Assembly (NCBI GenBank): GCA_963828735.1
Contig: CAWHFW010000002.1
Span: 288,001-352,000 of the forward strand
Length of the DNA stretch: 64,000 bases
From: an uncultured Gemmatimonadales bacterium
Lineage (GTDB): Bacteria > Gemmatimonadota > Gemmatimonadetes > Gemmatimonadales > GWC2-71-9
Direction: 5' to 3'
Under the pieces are notes generated by a model that was not told the origin of the DNA, did no database searches, and saw only the letters and a list, made by a program, of their open reading frames with translations. Positions within the stretch are counted from its first letter, which is position 1. Each line of letters opens with the position of its first letter. Shown piece after piece: positions 32,406-41,961 of the stretch. The translations under genes and the position numbers were made by a program.

Positions 32406-33514
32406 GCGTACCGGGTCGCGAGGGCTGCGACGATACGTTCGCTCGCGCGGCCGTCACCGTAGGGATTGACCGCGTTGGCCATCCGCGCGTACGCCTCGGG
32501 CGAGGTCAGGAGCTCGCTTGCCGCGGTGACGATGCGGTCCCGGTCGGTCCCCACCACCACGGCCGTGCCGGCGGCCACGCCCTCGGGGCGTTCGGTCACC
32601 TCCCGGAGCACCAGCACCGGCTTTCCGAGCGAAGGCGCCTCCTCCTGGACTCCGCCACTGTCGGTCAGGACGAGGTCGGCGCGCGCCATGAGGTGCACGA
32701 ACTCGAGATAGTCCACAGGCGGCACCAGGTGCATGCTCGGCAGATCGCACAGCAGCTCCTCGACCGTCCGTTTCACCTCGGGATTGGGATGCACCGGCAA
32801 CACGAACTGCAGCTCCGGAAAGCGCTGCGCCAGCTCGCGGATCGCGGCGCAGGTGGAGCGAAGCGGCGCACCGAAGCTCTCCCGCCGATGCGTCGTCACG
32901 AGCACCAAGCGCCGGGCGGGGTCGAGCCGCTCGAGCGCCGGGGTCCGGAAGCGATAGTCGGCGCGCACGGTCTGGAGCAGCGCGTCGATGACCGTGTTGC
33001 CGGTCAGGAACACGTCCGCCGCGGGAATCCCCTCGGACAGCAAGGTGTCCCGTGCGGCCGGTGTCGGCGCGAAGTGCATTGCCGCTATCCGGGTGGTGAG
33101 GACCCGGTTCATCTCCTCCGGGTACGGCTGCCAGCGGTCCCCCGTCCTCAGGCCGGCTTCGACGTGGGCGGTCGGCACCCGCTCCAGGAACGCGGCCAGC
33201 GCGGCGGCGAACGTGGTGGTCGTATCGCCCTGCACCAGAATCACGTCCGGCCGCACCTGCCTGAGCAGCGGCGGCAGCCGGTCCAGGATGCCCGCCGCGA
33301 TGCCGGCCGGGGTCTGCCCCGGGACCATTAGGTCCAGGTCCACGTCGGCCTTCAGATCGAACACTTCGAGCACCTGATCGAGCATCGTGCGATGCTGCGC
33401 CGTGACGCAGATCAGGCTCTCGAAGGCCGCCGGCGCTCCGCGCAGGGCGCGGACGATGGGCGCCATCTTGATCGCCTCCGGCCTGGTGCCGAAGACGCTG
33501 AGGACACGGATCAT
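32402..33514 (-). CDS. wecB: UDP-N-acetylglucosamine 2-epimerase (non-hydrolysing)
   Basis: GTRPEAIKMAP, QGDT, HVEAGLR, HRRE, TDSGGVQEE, NPYGDG. Confidence 0.96.
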   Translation of the reverse strand: MIRVLSVFGTRPEAIKMAPIVRALRGAPAAFESLICVTAQHRTMLDQVLEVFDLKADVDLDLMVPGQTPAGIAAGILDRLPPLLRQVRPDVILVQGDTTTTFAAALAAFLERVPTAHVEAGLRTGDRWQPYPEEMNRVLTTRIAAMHFAPTPAARDTLLSEGIPAADVFLTGNTVIDALLQTVRADYRFRTPALERLDPARRLVLVTTHRRESFGAPLRSTCAAIRELAQRFPELQFVLPVHPNPEVKRTVEELLCDLPSMHLVPPVDYLEFVHLMARADLVLTDSGGVQEEAPSLGKPVLVLREVTERPEGVAAGTAVVVGTDRDRIVTAASELLTSPEAYARMANAVNPYGDGRASERIVAALATRYA

Positions 33515-34368
33515 GGGGCGACGTGCGCGGCTTGCAATCGCTCGGCCAGCGTCTGCATCGTGACGAACCGGAACCCATGCTCGACCACCCGCGCGAACAC
33601 CTTGCGAAGGACGCCCTCGCGGACGCCCTCGTAGCATGGATGGCCGTAGAGTATGACTTCGTCGTTCGACTCGAGATGCTCGTCCAGGACGCGCATGACT
33701 TCCGCCTCCGGCGTGCTCCGGGCGCCGTGATATTCCAGGAAGGGAATGGTGCGTGGACCGGCCAGCGTCACCGGAAGGGTCCAGTGCCGGAGGGTGCGGC
33801 CATCGGCGGTGGCCCGATGCGGCTCTCCGCCGATCGCGTCACCGTTGTACAGAAAACCGAATCGGTCGAGCAACGCCATGACGCGCTCATCCGAGTAGAA
33901 GCCGGGCGACGAGAACCCGACCGGCTTCCCGAAATGCCGCACAAAATGTCCGTACGACTCGTCCAGATCGGCCGCCAGGTCTTCGTCGGGCAGCTGGTGG
34001 AACCGCCGGCTCCAGATCACGTGATCCATGCCGCCATGCAGACCGAGCTCATGGCCCTCGGCCTGGAGCGCCTGGATCTCGGGGACGAACCGCAGCCCGA
34101 CCGGCCGCGAGAGCGCCGTTTCCACCAGGAACCGGGGCCACCCGGTCTTCTTGATCAGATGGACCGCGTCCCGGTCGGCCAGTTTCGCCTGCGACCGGCT
34201 GATCCCCTTCCCCAGCCACTCCCGCAGATTGGTGGAGCGGCCCAGGTTGACGAAAAACGTATTGGGAACGCCGAAATCCCGGCAGACGGCCTGGATCCTG
34301 GGAAGCCCGTCCGTGATGCACACCCGATGATCCACGTCCCAGCGAAACGCGAACAGCCGATCGGTCAC
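33511..34368 (-). CDS. CE4 polysaccharide deacetylase, ArnD-like
   Basis: RWDVD, HELGLHGGMDH, PG, YGHP; GTGA overlap with the upstream gene. Confidence 0.8.
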   Translation of the reverse strand: MTDRLFAFRWDVDHRVCITDGLPRIQAVCRDFGVPNTFFVNLGRSTNLREWLGKGISRSQAKLADRDAVHLIKKTGWPRFLVETALSRPVGLRFVPEIQALQAEGHELGLHGGMDHVIWSRRFHQLPDEDLAADLDESYGHFVRHFGKPVGFSSPGFYSDERVMALLDRFGFLYNGDAIGGEPHRATADGRTLRHWTLPVTLAGPRTIPFLEYHGARSTPEAEVMRVLDEHLESNDEVILYGHPCYEGVREGVLRKVFARVVEHGFRFVTMQTLAERLQAAHVAP

Positions 34369-35654
34369 CGGCCAGCCCTCGCCATCACGCTCGCGTAGAT
34401 CTGCTCGAATTGCTCCGCGGTGCGATCCCAGTCGAACAGGCGCAGCGCGCGCTCCCGGCCGGCGCGTCCCATGTCGGCGCGGCGGGCGGGATCGACCAGC
34501 AGGGAGCCCATCGCGTCGGCCAGGGCCGCCGAATCGCCTCGCGGAACGATGAGGCCGGTGACGCCATGCTCGACGACCTCGGGTAGGCCACCGGCGTCGC
34601 TCGCCACGACCGGCGTTTCGCAGCCCATGGCCTCGGCGGCGGGAATGCCGAATCCCTCCTCGAGCGAAGGAATCACGGAGATCGCCGCGGCCCGGTAGTA
34701 GGGGGGAAGATCGCTGTTGGGCACCCAGCCCAGGAAGGTCACCTGCTGGCCGATGCCGAGCGACTCGGCGAGCTTGATGAGTTCCGGCCGCTCGAAGCCG
34801 TCGCCCGCGACAACCACCCGGATGTCCGGGAAACGGGGCTTGAGCCGAGCCGCCGCCTCGATGAGGAACCTGATGCCCTTCCGGGGGAACAGCTGACGGC
34901 ACGCGAAGACCATCTGCGGGCCGTACCGCGGGTCGATGGGCTTGCCCCCGGGCGCGGGACTGAATCGGCGGAGGTCGGTCCCGTTGAACACGAGGTGGAT
35001 GGATTCGTCGGGCGCGCCCGCCCGGAGGGCATGCTGCCGGCAGTCGTCCGTAATGGCCGTGAGCGCTCCCGCGTGGCGAAGCGTCCACCGAAGCGGCGGC
35101 CGAACGTACCATCGGGTCGGGAAATCGTAGCCCTGCTCCGGGTTCACGTACACATCACCACCGTGCATGGTGATCACGCTCGGCAGCCGCATCTTTCTGG
35201 CGGCCTGAACGGCGGCTGGCCCGGTCGGGATGGCCCAATGCGCATGCACGACGTCGGCGCCGCGGTCCCGGCAGGCGTTCACCGTCGCGCGATACTGCGC
35301 CTCGAGATAGTGAGCCATTACGGCCACGCGGGCAAACTTGCCCATCAAGTTGACTTGGCTCTGAGCGACCCGACCGTAGGTCAGGTCCACGGGCAACTCC
35401 ATCGGGAACCGCAGGACTTCCACCCCGTCGAAACTCTCGGTCGCCGGCAGGGACGGGTTGCCTGGTGTCACGACCGTTACCGCATGCCCCCGGCGGACCA
35501 GGTGGCGGTTGATGTCGTGGACGTAGGTGGCCTGGGTGTCGGTCGCGCCCTGGGGGTACCAGTAGGTGGGGCAGACGATCCGCAGTGATCCCTTGGACCC
35601 GCCACCCGAGCTCACACCCCGGGAACGCTGGACCTCTACTCCAGCTGTCATCAT
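34365..35654 (-). CDS. GT4 glycosyltransferase
   Basis: HAHWAIP, HGGDV, RKG, EGFGIPAAEAM. Confidence 0.92.
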   Translation of the reverse strand: MMTAGVEVQRSRGVSSGGGSKGSLRIVCPTYWYPQGATDTQATYVHDINRHLVRRGHAVTVVTPGNPSLPATESFDGVEVLRFPMELPVDLTYGRVAQSQVNLMGKFARVAVMAHYLEAQYRATVNACRDRGADVVHAHWAIPTGPAAVQAARKMRLPSVITMHGGDVYVNPEQGYDFPTRWYVRPPLRWTLRHAGALTAITDDCRQHALRAGAPDESIHLVFNGTDLRRFSPAPGGKPIDPRYGPQMVFACRQLFPRKGIRFLIEAAARLKPRFPDIRVVVAGDGFERPELIKLAESLGIGQQVTFLGWVPNSDLPPYYRAAAISVIPSLEEGFGIPAAEAMGCETPVVASDAGGLPEVVEHGVTGLIVPRGDSAALADAMGSLLVDPARRADMGRAGRERALRLFDWDRTAEQFEQIYASVMARAGR

Positions 35655-35962
35655 CTCGCTATGACCTCTCAGGTCCATCGGACGGGGCGAAGCCTACGGG
35701 AACGTGTAAGAAACATCAACATTTATGCCACCTGGGGGTGTACCGACCGCCGTATTTGAATTCGAGTTGCGGGCCGAGGCTCCTGGGCCTTTTGCAGACA
35801 GTATGCAACACTCGTTGCACCCCTGCGGCTAGGGGAATCTGACCCGTGAAGACCCAAAAGCCGCCGACCAGCCTCGAGCGTATCCCCGTGCAACTTATGG
35901 CATCTGTCTGGGAGACGATACTACAGCTTTCGATCCCTGCCCGTGACGTAGGGGTCCTAGGG

Positions 35963-36391
35963 TCACGATGCTCCCGTTCCAGCGCTGGCTGACCCCTCCA
36001 GCAGCGCGCGGACCTTGGCGGCGAGCGCCTCCTGGGTGAAGGGCTTGGACAGAAACGGCGCGCCGGGCTCGAGCAACCCGCCCTGAAACACCTCCGACGC
36101 GAAGCCGGACATGTAGAGGATCGGTTTCCCGGGCCAGCGTTCCTCGACGAAGCGGCCCAGCTCGCGCCCATTCATCCCCGGCATTTTGATGTCGGTGAGT
36201 ACGAGGTGCACTGGGCCGTTGTGCTCCTCGATCGCAGCCAGCGCCTCGCGGCCGTGGCGCGCCTCGATGGCCTGGTACCCCGTCCAGGTGAGCATCCGGA
36301 CGGCTAATCGCCGTACCGCCTCCTCGTCGTCGACGACGAGCACGGTATAGCCTCCGGCGGGGCGATCGCCCCGTGATCCGTGAGCGGTCAA
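35963..36391 (-). CDS. Single-domain response regulator (REC)
   Basis: VLVVDDE, LTDIKMPGMNG, MSG, KPF; start uncertain (TTG). Confidence 0.85.
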   Translation of the reverse strand: MTAHGSRGDRPAGGYTVLVVDDEEAVRRLAVRMLTWTGYQAIEARHGREALAAIEEHNGPVHLVLTDIKMPGMNGRELGRFVEERWPGKPILYMSGFASEVFQGGLLEPGAPFLSKPFTQEALAAKVRALLEGSASAGTGAS

Positions 36392-37059
36392 GCGTCGGTG
36401 TCCATGGGCTGGGCTTGGACTGGAATAGGTTAGGGGGCTTGAAGTTCGTCGCGAGCGGGTGCGACCGCAAGCTCCGGCCCCACCGAGCAAACGCTCATGT
36501 GGCAGGGGTTCCTCGGTTCGGCCGGCGAGCGGGATGGCCCGACCGGGCACAACCGCCGCCGCAAGCGCCGAGGCACGCCCGTCATGATACCCCCTATCCT
36601 CCGCCATCTTGCGAACTTACGCGACCTTGGGAGTGGCCGAGCTGCTTCGGAGGGTCGGCCTGCGGCGTGCGCGAGTGCCATATCCTTTGGAACCCCTGAC
36701 CGGATTCGTCTGCAGTGCCGATTTCGCTGACTGGTCGCCCCGCTGAATCCCATCCAAATACACGCTTGCCTGTCCGGGTGAGATGCGGACGCCTCACAGC
36801 AGCCGCCCGCAGCGAGTCTTGATGATCTTCTGAGAGCCGTCAGGACTAGCCGAAAGGATACCATCGCCCAAGGAGGCCGAGTGCTATACTGCTTCCCTGC
36901 CGTGGGAGGCTCACGGATTGGCTTCATGCTCCACGGTGGAGGCCAGTGCGTAGAAGCGCCCCCGGCCCTGGTCACGGCACTGGACTCCTGGTTCGTCCGC
37001 AGTACCGTGGCCGTTGGTTTCACGCTTCTCTGGCAGGAACCGACTTACGAGGCGGCCCC

Positions 37060-37899
37060 ATGTCCGCGATCATCCGCTGGTCCATCGGAGTCGTTGCAAT
37101 CGCGCTCGTCGGAGCGACGTCCGAGGTACGGGCACAATCGACCAGCCGCCTGTACGACAAGTGGCAGATTGACCTGTCCGGTGCCGTGGTGATCATGGGG
37201 ACGAACATTCGGGTCGATGGAGACAACGGCGAGGGAACAGAGATCGACGCCGAGGATGTGCTCGGGCTGTCGCGAGAGAAGATCCAGCCCCGGGTTTCGG
37301 TCCGTTGGCGGCCAGGACACCGGCACGAGCTCGAGCTCGGGTACCAGTTCGCCCGTCGGACAGCCGAGAAGCCGCTCCAACGCGACATCACGTTCGGGGA
37401 CTCCACCTACACGGTCGGAGCCGACCTGAATTCCACTTTCCACACCGACCAGGCCTTTCTGGTCTACCGCTTCGCTATCCGTGCGCACGAACGAACCCAG
37501 CTCGGCGTGGGCGTGGGAGTCGGGGTGCTACCCTTCAAGCTCGAGGTCGACCGCGCCGCCAGTGCGGGCGGTGCGGGGGTGACATCCTCCAGCGAGAGGA
37601 ATTTCACGGGGCCCACCGGCTCCCTCGGTGTCTACGGCCGCTTCCTGCTAGGCGATCGCTGGTATCTCGAGAGCGATATTCGGGGCATCGCGATCAAGAT
37701 CGACCGCATCGACGCGAAGATCGTAGAGGGCAACCTGGCCGGACGGTATCTCCTCTCCGACAAACTGGGGGTTGAGCTCGGCTACGGCATCAGCTCGGTC
37801 ACCGTCACCGTGGATCCGCCGGCGGACCGCAAGGGGTTCTTCGGGAAGATCAAATATCCGCTGCAGAATGTCCGCCTCGGCATGGTGCTGACCTTGTGA
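37060..37899 (+). CDS. Outer-membrane beta-barrel protein
   Basis: Signal peptide ending VRA; amphipathic alternating strands; terminal beta strand. Confidence 0.7.
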   Translation: MSAIIRWSIGVVAIALVGATSEVRAQSTSRLYDKWQIDLSGAVVIMGTNIRVDGDNGEGTEIDAEDVLGLSREKIQPRVSVRWRPGHRHELELGYQFARRTAEKPLQRDITFGDSTYTVGADLNSTFHTDQAFLVYRFAIRAHERTQLGVGVGVGVLPFKLEVDRAASAGGAGVTSSSERNFTGPTGSLGVYGRFLLGDRWYLESDIRGIAIKIDRIDAKIVEGNLAGRYLLSDKLGVELGYGISSVTVTVDPPADRKGFFGKIKYPLQNVRLGMVLTL

Positions 37900-38034
37900 G
37901 CTTTCGCCGTTTGGTCATTCGTGCCGGTTCGGCATGATGTCTGAGACACTGGTTCCGCTCGCCCGGACCTGAGCGGCCAATTCGCGACCGGACCTTGCCC
38001 AAGGGTTCACGTCTAGCGAATTTACGCCCCTGCT

Positions 38035-38124
<90 letters not shown>

Positions 38125-38137
38125 TCGGACCAACGAG

Positions 38138-38171
38138 AGGTGAAAGGTGAGTTGCTTCACCTTTCACCTTT
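38138..38171 (+). terminator. Perfect 13-bp hairpin after tRNA-Ser(GCT)
   Basis: AGGTGAAAGGTGA-GTTGCT-TCACCTTTCACCT with only a short T tail. Confidence 0.5.
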
Positions 38172-38191
38172 AACGTATTAGCCGGGATCAC

Positions 38192-39649
38192 ATGACCCCA
38201 CCACGCGTCCGCTTTGCTCCGTCGCCGACCGGGTATCTGCACGTAGGCGGCGCTCGCACGGCCCTCTTCAACTGGTTGTTCGCCCGGCACACCGGCGGCG
38301 TCATGGTCCTGCGGATCGAGGACACCGACCGCGAGCGCAGCACGGACGCCCACACCCGCGTGATTCTCGACGGCCTCACCTGGCTCGGGATCACGTGGGA
38401 CGAGGGTCCATTCTTCCAGGGCGAGTACGGCTCGCGCCATCGTGCCGACGCCGAGCGTCTGCTCGCCGAGGGCAAGGCCTACCGCTGCTTTTGCACCCGC
38501 GAGGAGCTCGACGCGCAGCGCACCCAGGCGGAGGCGGGGGGTACCGGATTTCGATACGATCGCCGCTGCTATCGCCTCGCGCCCGCCGAAATCGATCGGC
38601 GCCTCGCCTCAGGCGCGCCGTTCACGATCCGGTTTCTACTCCCCGACACCGAGATCGCGTGGGATGATGCGGTGCACGAGCGGATCAGCTTTCAGGGGCG
38701 CGATCTCGACGACTTCGTGATCCTCCGGAGCGACGGGACGGCCATCTACAATCTCGCCGTGGTGAGCGACGACATCGCCATGCTGATCTCGCACGTAATC
38801 CGGGGAGATGACCACATCTCCAACACGCCGAAGCAGATCGCACTGTATCGTGCATTCGGGCACGAGCCACCGGTCTTCGCGCACGTCCCGATGATCCTGG
38901 GGACCGACGGAAAGAAGCTTTCGAAGCGCCACGGGGCCACCGCGGTTGGCGACTACCAGGACCGAGGGATTCTGCCCGCCGCAATGAGGAACTTCCTGGC
39001 GCTCCTGGGGTGGTCGCCGGGCGGCGACCGCGAGATCGTGCAGGAGAGCGAGATGATCTCCCTGTTTTCGCTCGACTGCATCCAGAAGAAGGCCGCCGTC
39101 TTCGAGACCACCAAGCTCGAATGGATGAACGGCCAGTATCTTTCCGCGGTGCCGGCCGCGGAGCTGCTCCCGGCGGTGCACCGCGAGCTCGAGCGCATGG
39201 GCGTCGATGCCGGCGGCCGAGACCTCACCCCACTGGTGGATGCCGTGAAGGCCCGATCGCGGACGATCCTTCACATCGCCGAGCAGGTGTCAGTGCGGCT
39301 GGACCCGTCGCGCGCGACCATTGACGCGAAGGGTGAAGCCCTCGTTCGCAAGATGGGCCCTGCCTTCTCAACCAACTTGCAGCGCGCGGCCGACGCACTC
39401 GAGCAGCTCGGGCCGGGCGCCTGGAGCGCCGAGCGGATTCTGGAGTGCCTGAAGGGAGTCGCCGAGGCCTACGGGCTCAAACTGGGTGACGCCATGCAGC
39501 CCGTCCGCGTGGCCTTGACCGGATCCACCGTGTCCGAGCCGGTGAACGAGCTCCTCGCGGTGGTCGACCGCCAGACCGCCCTTCGCCGGCTCGGTGAGGT
39601 GGCTCGCCGCTTCGGCCCCAGCGGCGACCCGCAGGCCGCGCCGGCATGA
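38192..39649 (+). CDS. gltX: Glutamate--tRNA ligase
   Basis: RFAPSPTGYLHVGG, RIEDTD, IRGDDH, KLSKR. Confidence 0.96.
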   Translation: MTPPRVRFAPSPTGYLHVGGARTALFNWLFARHTGGVMVLRIEDTDRERSTDAHTRVILDGLTWLGITWDEGPFFQGEYGSRHRADAERLLAEGKAYRCFCTREELDAQRTQAEAGGTGFRYDRRCYRLAPAEIDRRLASGAPFTIRFLLPDTEIAWDDAVHERISFQGRDLDDFVILRSDGTAIYNLAVVSDDIAMLISHVIRGDDHISNTPKQIALYRAFGHEPPVFAHVPMILGTDGKKLSKRHGATAVGDYQDRGILPAAMRNFLALLGWSPGGDREIVQESEMISLFSLDCIQKKAAVFETTKLEWMNGQYLSAVPAAELLPAVHRELERMGVDAGGRDLTPLVDAVKARSRTILHIAEQVSVRLDPSRATIDAKGEALVRKMGPAFSTNLQRAADALEQLGPGAWSAERILECLKGVAEAYGLKLGDAMQPVRVALTGSTVSEPVNELLAVVDRQTALRRLGEVARRFGPSGDPQAAPA

Positions 39650-40854
39650 TTCGCCGGGCCGGCCTTGCGCTGGCCCTGGCCGGGCTTTCGGCCTGCGCGG
39701 GACACGCGCCGACGGCCACTCCCAGACCCGCGCCCGACACGCTGGCGGCGCACCCCGGCGTTCCCGCTCCGATCCCTGCCGCGCCACCCGCCCCGCCCCC
39801 CAAGCCGTCGTCCATCGAGCTCTCCATGGTCGGCGACATCAATCTCGGGACCGCCACACTGCCGGACGGAGTGCCGCCCGACAGCGGTCGGGGCCTGCTC
39901 GACGCGGCGCGACCCGCCCTTACGGGCGACCTGGTCGTCGGGAACTTCGAGGGGGTGCTGGCCGATACCGGAACGTCCGACAAGTGCGAGCGCATCGGCA
40001 CCGCCGCGGCCCGGTCCAGGCGGCCGCCGGCATCGCACCGGCAACGCGCGGACACAGCCACTGTTCGCCCCGGGTGCTACGCGTTCCGAACGCCAACGGT
40101 GCTGGCGCCGCGCCTGGTGGACGCGGGATTCACGCACCTGAACCTCGCCAACAACCACGCAAACGACTTCGGACCCGCGGGTCGGGCTTCGACCGAGGAG
40201 CTGCTCGACAGTCTGGGGCTCCGGCTCTACGGGCCGCTCGGCCGCATCGCGATCGACACGGTGCGCCGGGGCGACAGCCTCGCCACGGTCGGTCTCATCG
40301 GCTTTGCCACCTACCCCTATGCCTACGACCTCCTGGATGTTGCACGGAGCGCCGCGGTGGTGGACTCGGTGCGCCCGCTCGTGGACCTGCTGATCGTCAC
40401 GTTTCACGGCGGCGCCGAAGGGGTCGGGGCTCTCCATGTTCCGGAGACTGCCGAATCGCTCGGACGGGAGCCTCGTGGTGAGCTCCGGCGCTGGGCTCGC
40501 GCGGTCATCGACGCTGGCGCGGACGCGGTCGTGGGCCACGGCCCGCACGTGCTCCGCGGGATCGAGTTCTACCACGGGCGTCCGATCGTCTATTCTCTCG
40601 GAAACTTTCTTACCTATCGCGGGTTCAATCTCGACGGCCCGCTCGGCATCACCGGAGTGTTGCAGATCGAGTTCGCACCGGACCGGCGCCTTCTCCGCGC
40701 CCGTCTCGTGCCCATGGCCCAGCGCCCACGCAAGGGTCCCTCACCCGATTCGGCGGCCACGGCGATCGACCTGGTGCGGGATCTCTCGGCCGAGGACTTC
40801 GGTGCCACGGGCGCGCGCATCGGGGCCGGCGGCGACATCCTCCCCCCGCCCTGA
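39646..40854 (+). CDS. CapA-family metallophosphatase-fold lipoprotein
   Basis: LSAC lipobox; VGD, GNFEG, LANNH, FHGG, GHGPH, YSLGNF. Confidence 0.88.
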   Translation: MIRRAGLALALAGLSACAGHAPTATPRPAPDTLAAHPGVPAPIPAAPPAPPPKPSSIELSMVGDINLGTATLPDGVPPDSGRGLLDAARPALTGDLVVGNFEGVLADTGTSDKCERIGTAAARSRRPPASHRQRADTATVRPGCYAFRTPTVLAPRLVDAGFTHLNLANNHANDFGPAGRASTEELLDSLGLRLYGPLGRIAIDTVRRGDSLATVGLIGFATYPYAYDLLDVARSAAVVDSVRPLVDLLIVTFHGGAEGVGALHVPETAESLGREPRGELRRWARAVIDAGADAVVGHGPHVLRGIEFYHGRPIVYSLGNFLTYRGFNLDGPLGITGVLQIEFAPDRRLLRARLVPMAQRPRKGPSPDSAATAIDLVRDLSAEDFGATGARIGAGGDILPPP

Positions 40855-40891
40855 GCTTGCCACGGTCCAGCCGCCCGCGTATGGATTCTCG

Positions 40892-41476
40892 ATGAGCGAC
40901 GAACCCGCCACCCCCGAGGACGGCGAGGCTCCCACTCCGGCGGCGATCGCCGCCACGGAGCATCCGGTCCAGATCACGGTCGGCCTGGTCGAGGACGACC
41001 GGATCCCGGACGGCATGGTGTGCATGGGGAGTTTTCGGAACGGCCGCCTGATCGCCCGGTCGGTGCTCCCGCCAGAGGCGTGGGGCCAGATCCACGAGTA
41101 CGGCATCTTCGACGACCCCGTGCAGGTTGTCCTGGTCGCCCGGGCGGCGCCACCCGGACTGCAGTGCCAGCTCTACGCCATGGTCCCCTTGCCCGACGAG
41201 GAGGACGACGAGTCCGAGGAGCCGTGGAGCGCGAGCGTGCCGGGGTCGTCCTACGAATCAGCCATCGAAGCGGACCAGGAGGATGACGCGGAGGGCGAGG
41301 GCGGCGACGAGCTCTCGGTTGCCCCGATTCCGCTGGGCAACATCGTGCGGTACGAGCACGACCGCGTGCACCCCGAGAGCCTGCCCCTCGAGGCGGTGGA
41401 CGTTTTGCGACGGATCATCGATGGTGAGACGTCGGAAGTGGTGGATCGCGCGCTGTCAGACCTGCTCGGTCTCTAG
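40892..41476 (+). CDS. Acidic hypothetical protein
   Basis: Protein-like composition in track ORF 40436..41476 from MSDEPATP; D/E tracts. Confidence 0.7.
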   Translation: MSDEPATPEDGEAPTPAAIAATEHPVQITVGLVEDDRIPDGMVCMGSFRNGRLIARSVLPPEAWGQIHEYGIFDDPVQVVLVARAAPPGLQCQLYAMVPLPDEEDDESEEPWSASVPGSSYESAIEADQEDDAEGEGGDELSVAPIPLGNIVRYEHDRVHPESLPLEAVDVLRRIIDGETSEVVDRALSDLLGL

Positions 41477-41495
41477 CACGCCGACCGGCGAGGCG

Positions 41496-41939
41496 TCAGA
41501 CGAACACCCCGACCCTGAATCGCCAGATCCTTCCCAGCAGATCCTCGAGGTGCCCCTGCGTCGTGAAGACCTCGACGGCCGCCGCCGTTGCCGCGGCGTT
41601 CACGCCCCACAGGGTCGCCCGTTTGATGTCCCCTTCGAAATCGGACTGCACGAACACCTCTTCGTCCCGATTGTAGATCGTTGGAAGGAAGGCGCCGAAC
41701 TCCCGGGCCACACCGTTGGCGCCCGGTCCTCCGATCGCGATCGTCGGGTTGAGGTGAAAGATCCGGTTCTCGAGATACCAGGCGTCCCCCACGACCACGG
41801 CTCGCCGGTACGCGTGCCCTGCTCCACGACGGTCGATCTCCGCCTTGAGGAGATAGGCCAGCGGCCGGTCGCGCTCCTCCGCGGTGAGCGACGTGCCCGT
41901 CACGAGCACGATGGTCTCCTCGGTATCCACGAGCTTCAT
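41496..41939 (-). CDS. Hypothetical alpha/beta protein
   Basis: 147 aa globular composition, IAIGGPGAN motif. Confidence 0.75.
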   Translation of the reverse strand: MKLVDTEETIVLVTGTSLTAEERDRPLAYLLKAEIDRRGAGHAYRRAVVVGDAWYLENRIFHLNPTIAIGGPGANGVAREFGAFLPTIYNRDEEVFVQSDFEGDIKRATLWGVNAAATAAAVEVFTTQGHLEDLLGRIWRFRVGVFV

Positions 41940-41961
41940 GATGTGGCGTTCCTCTCGTCCG

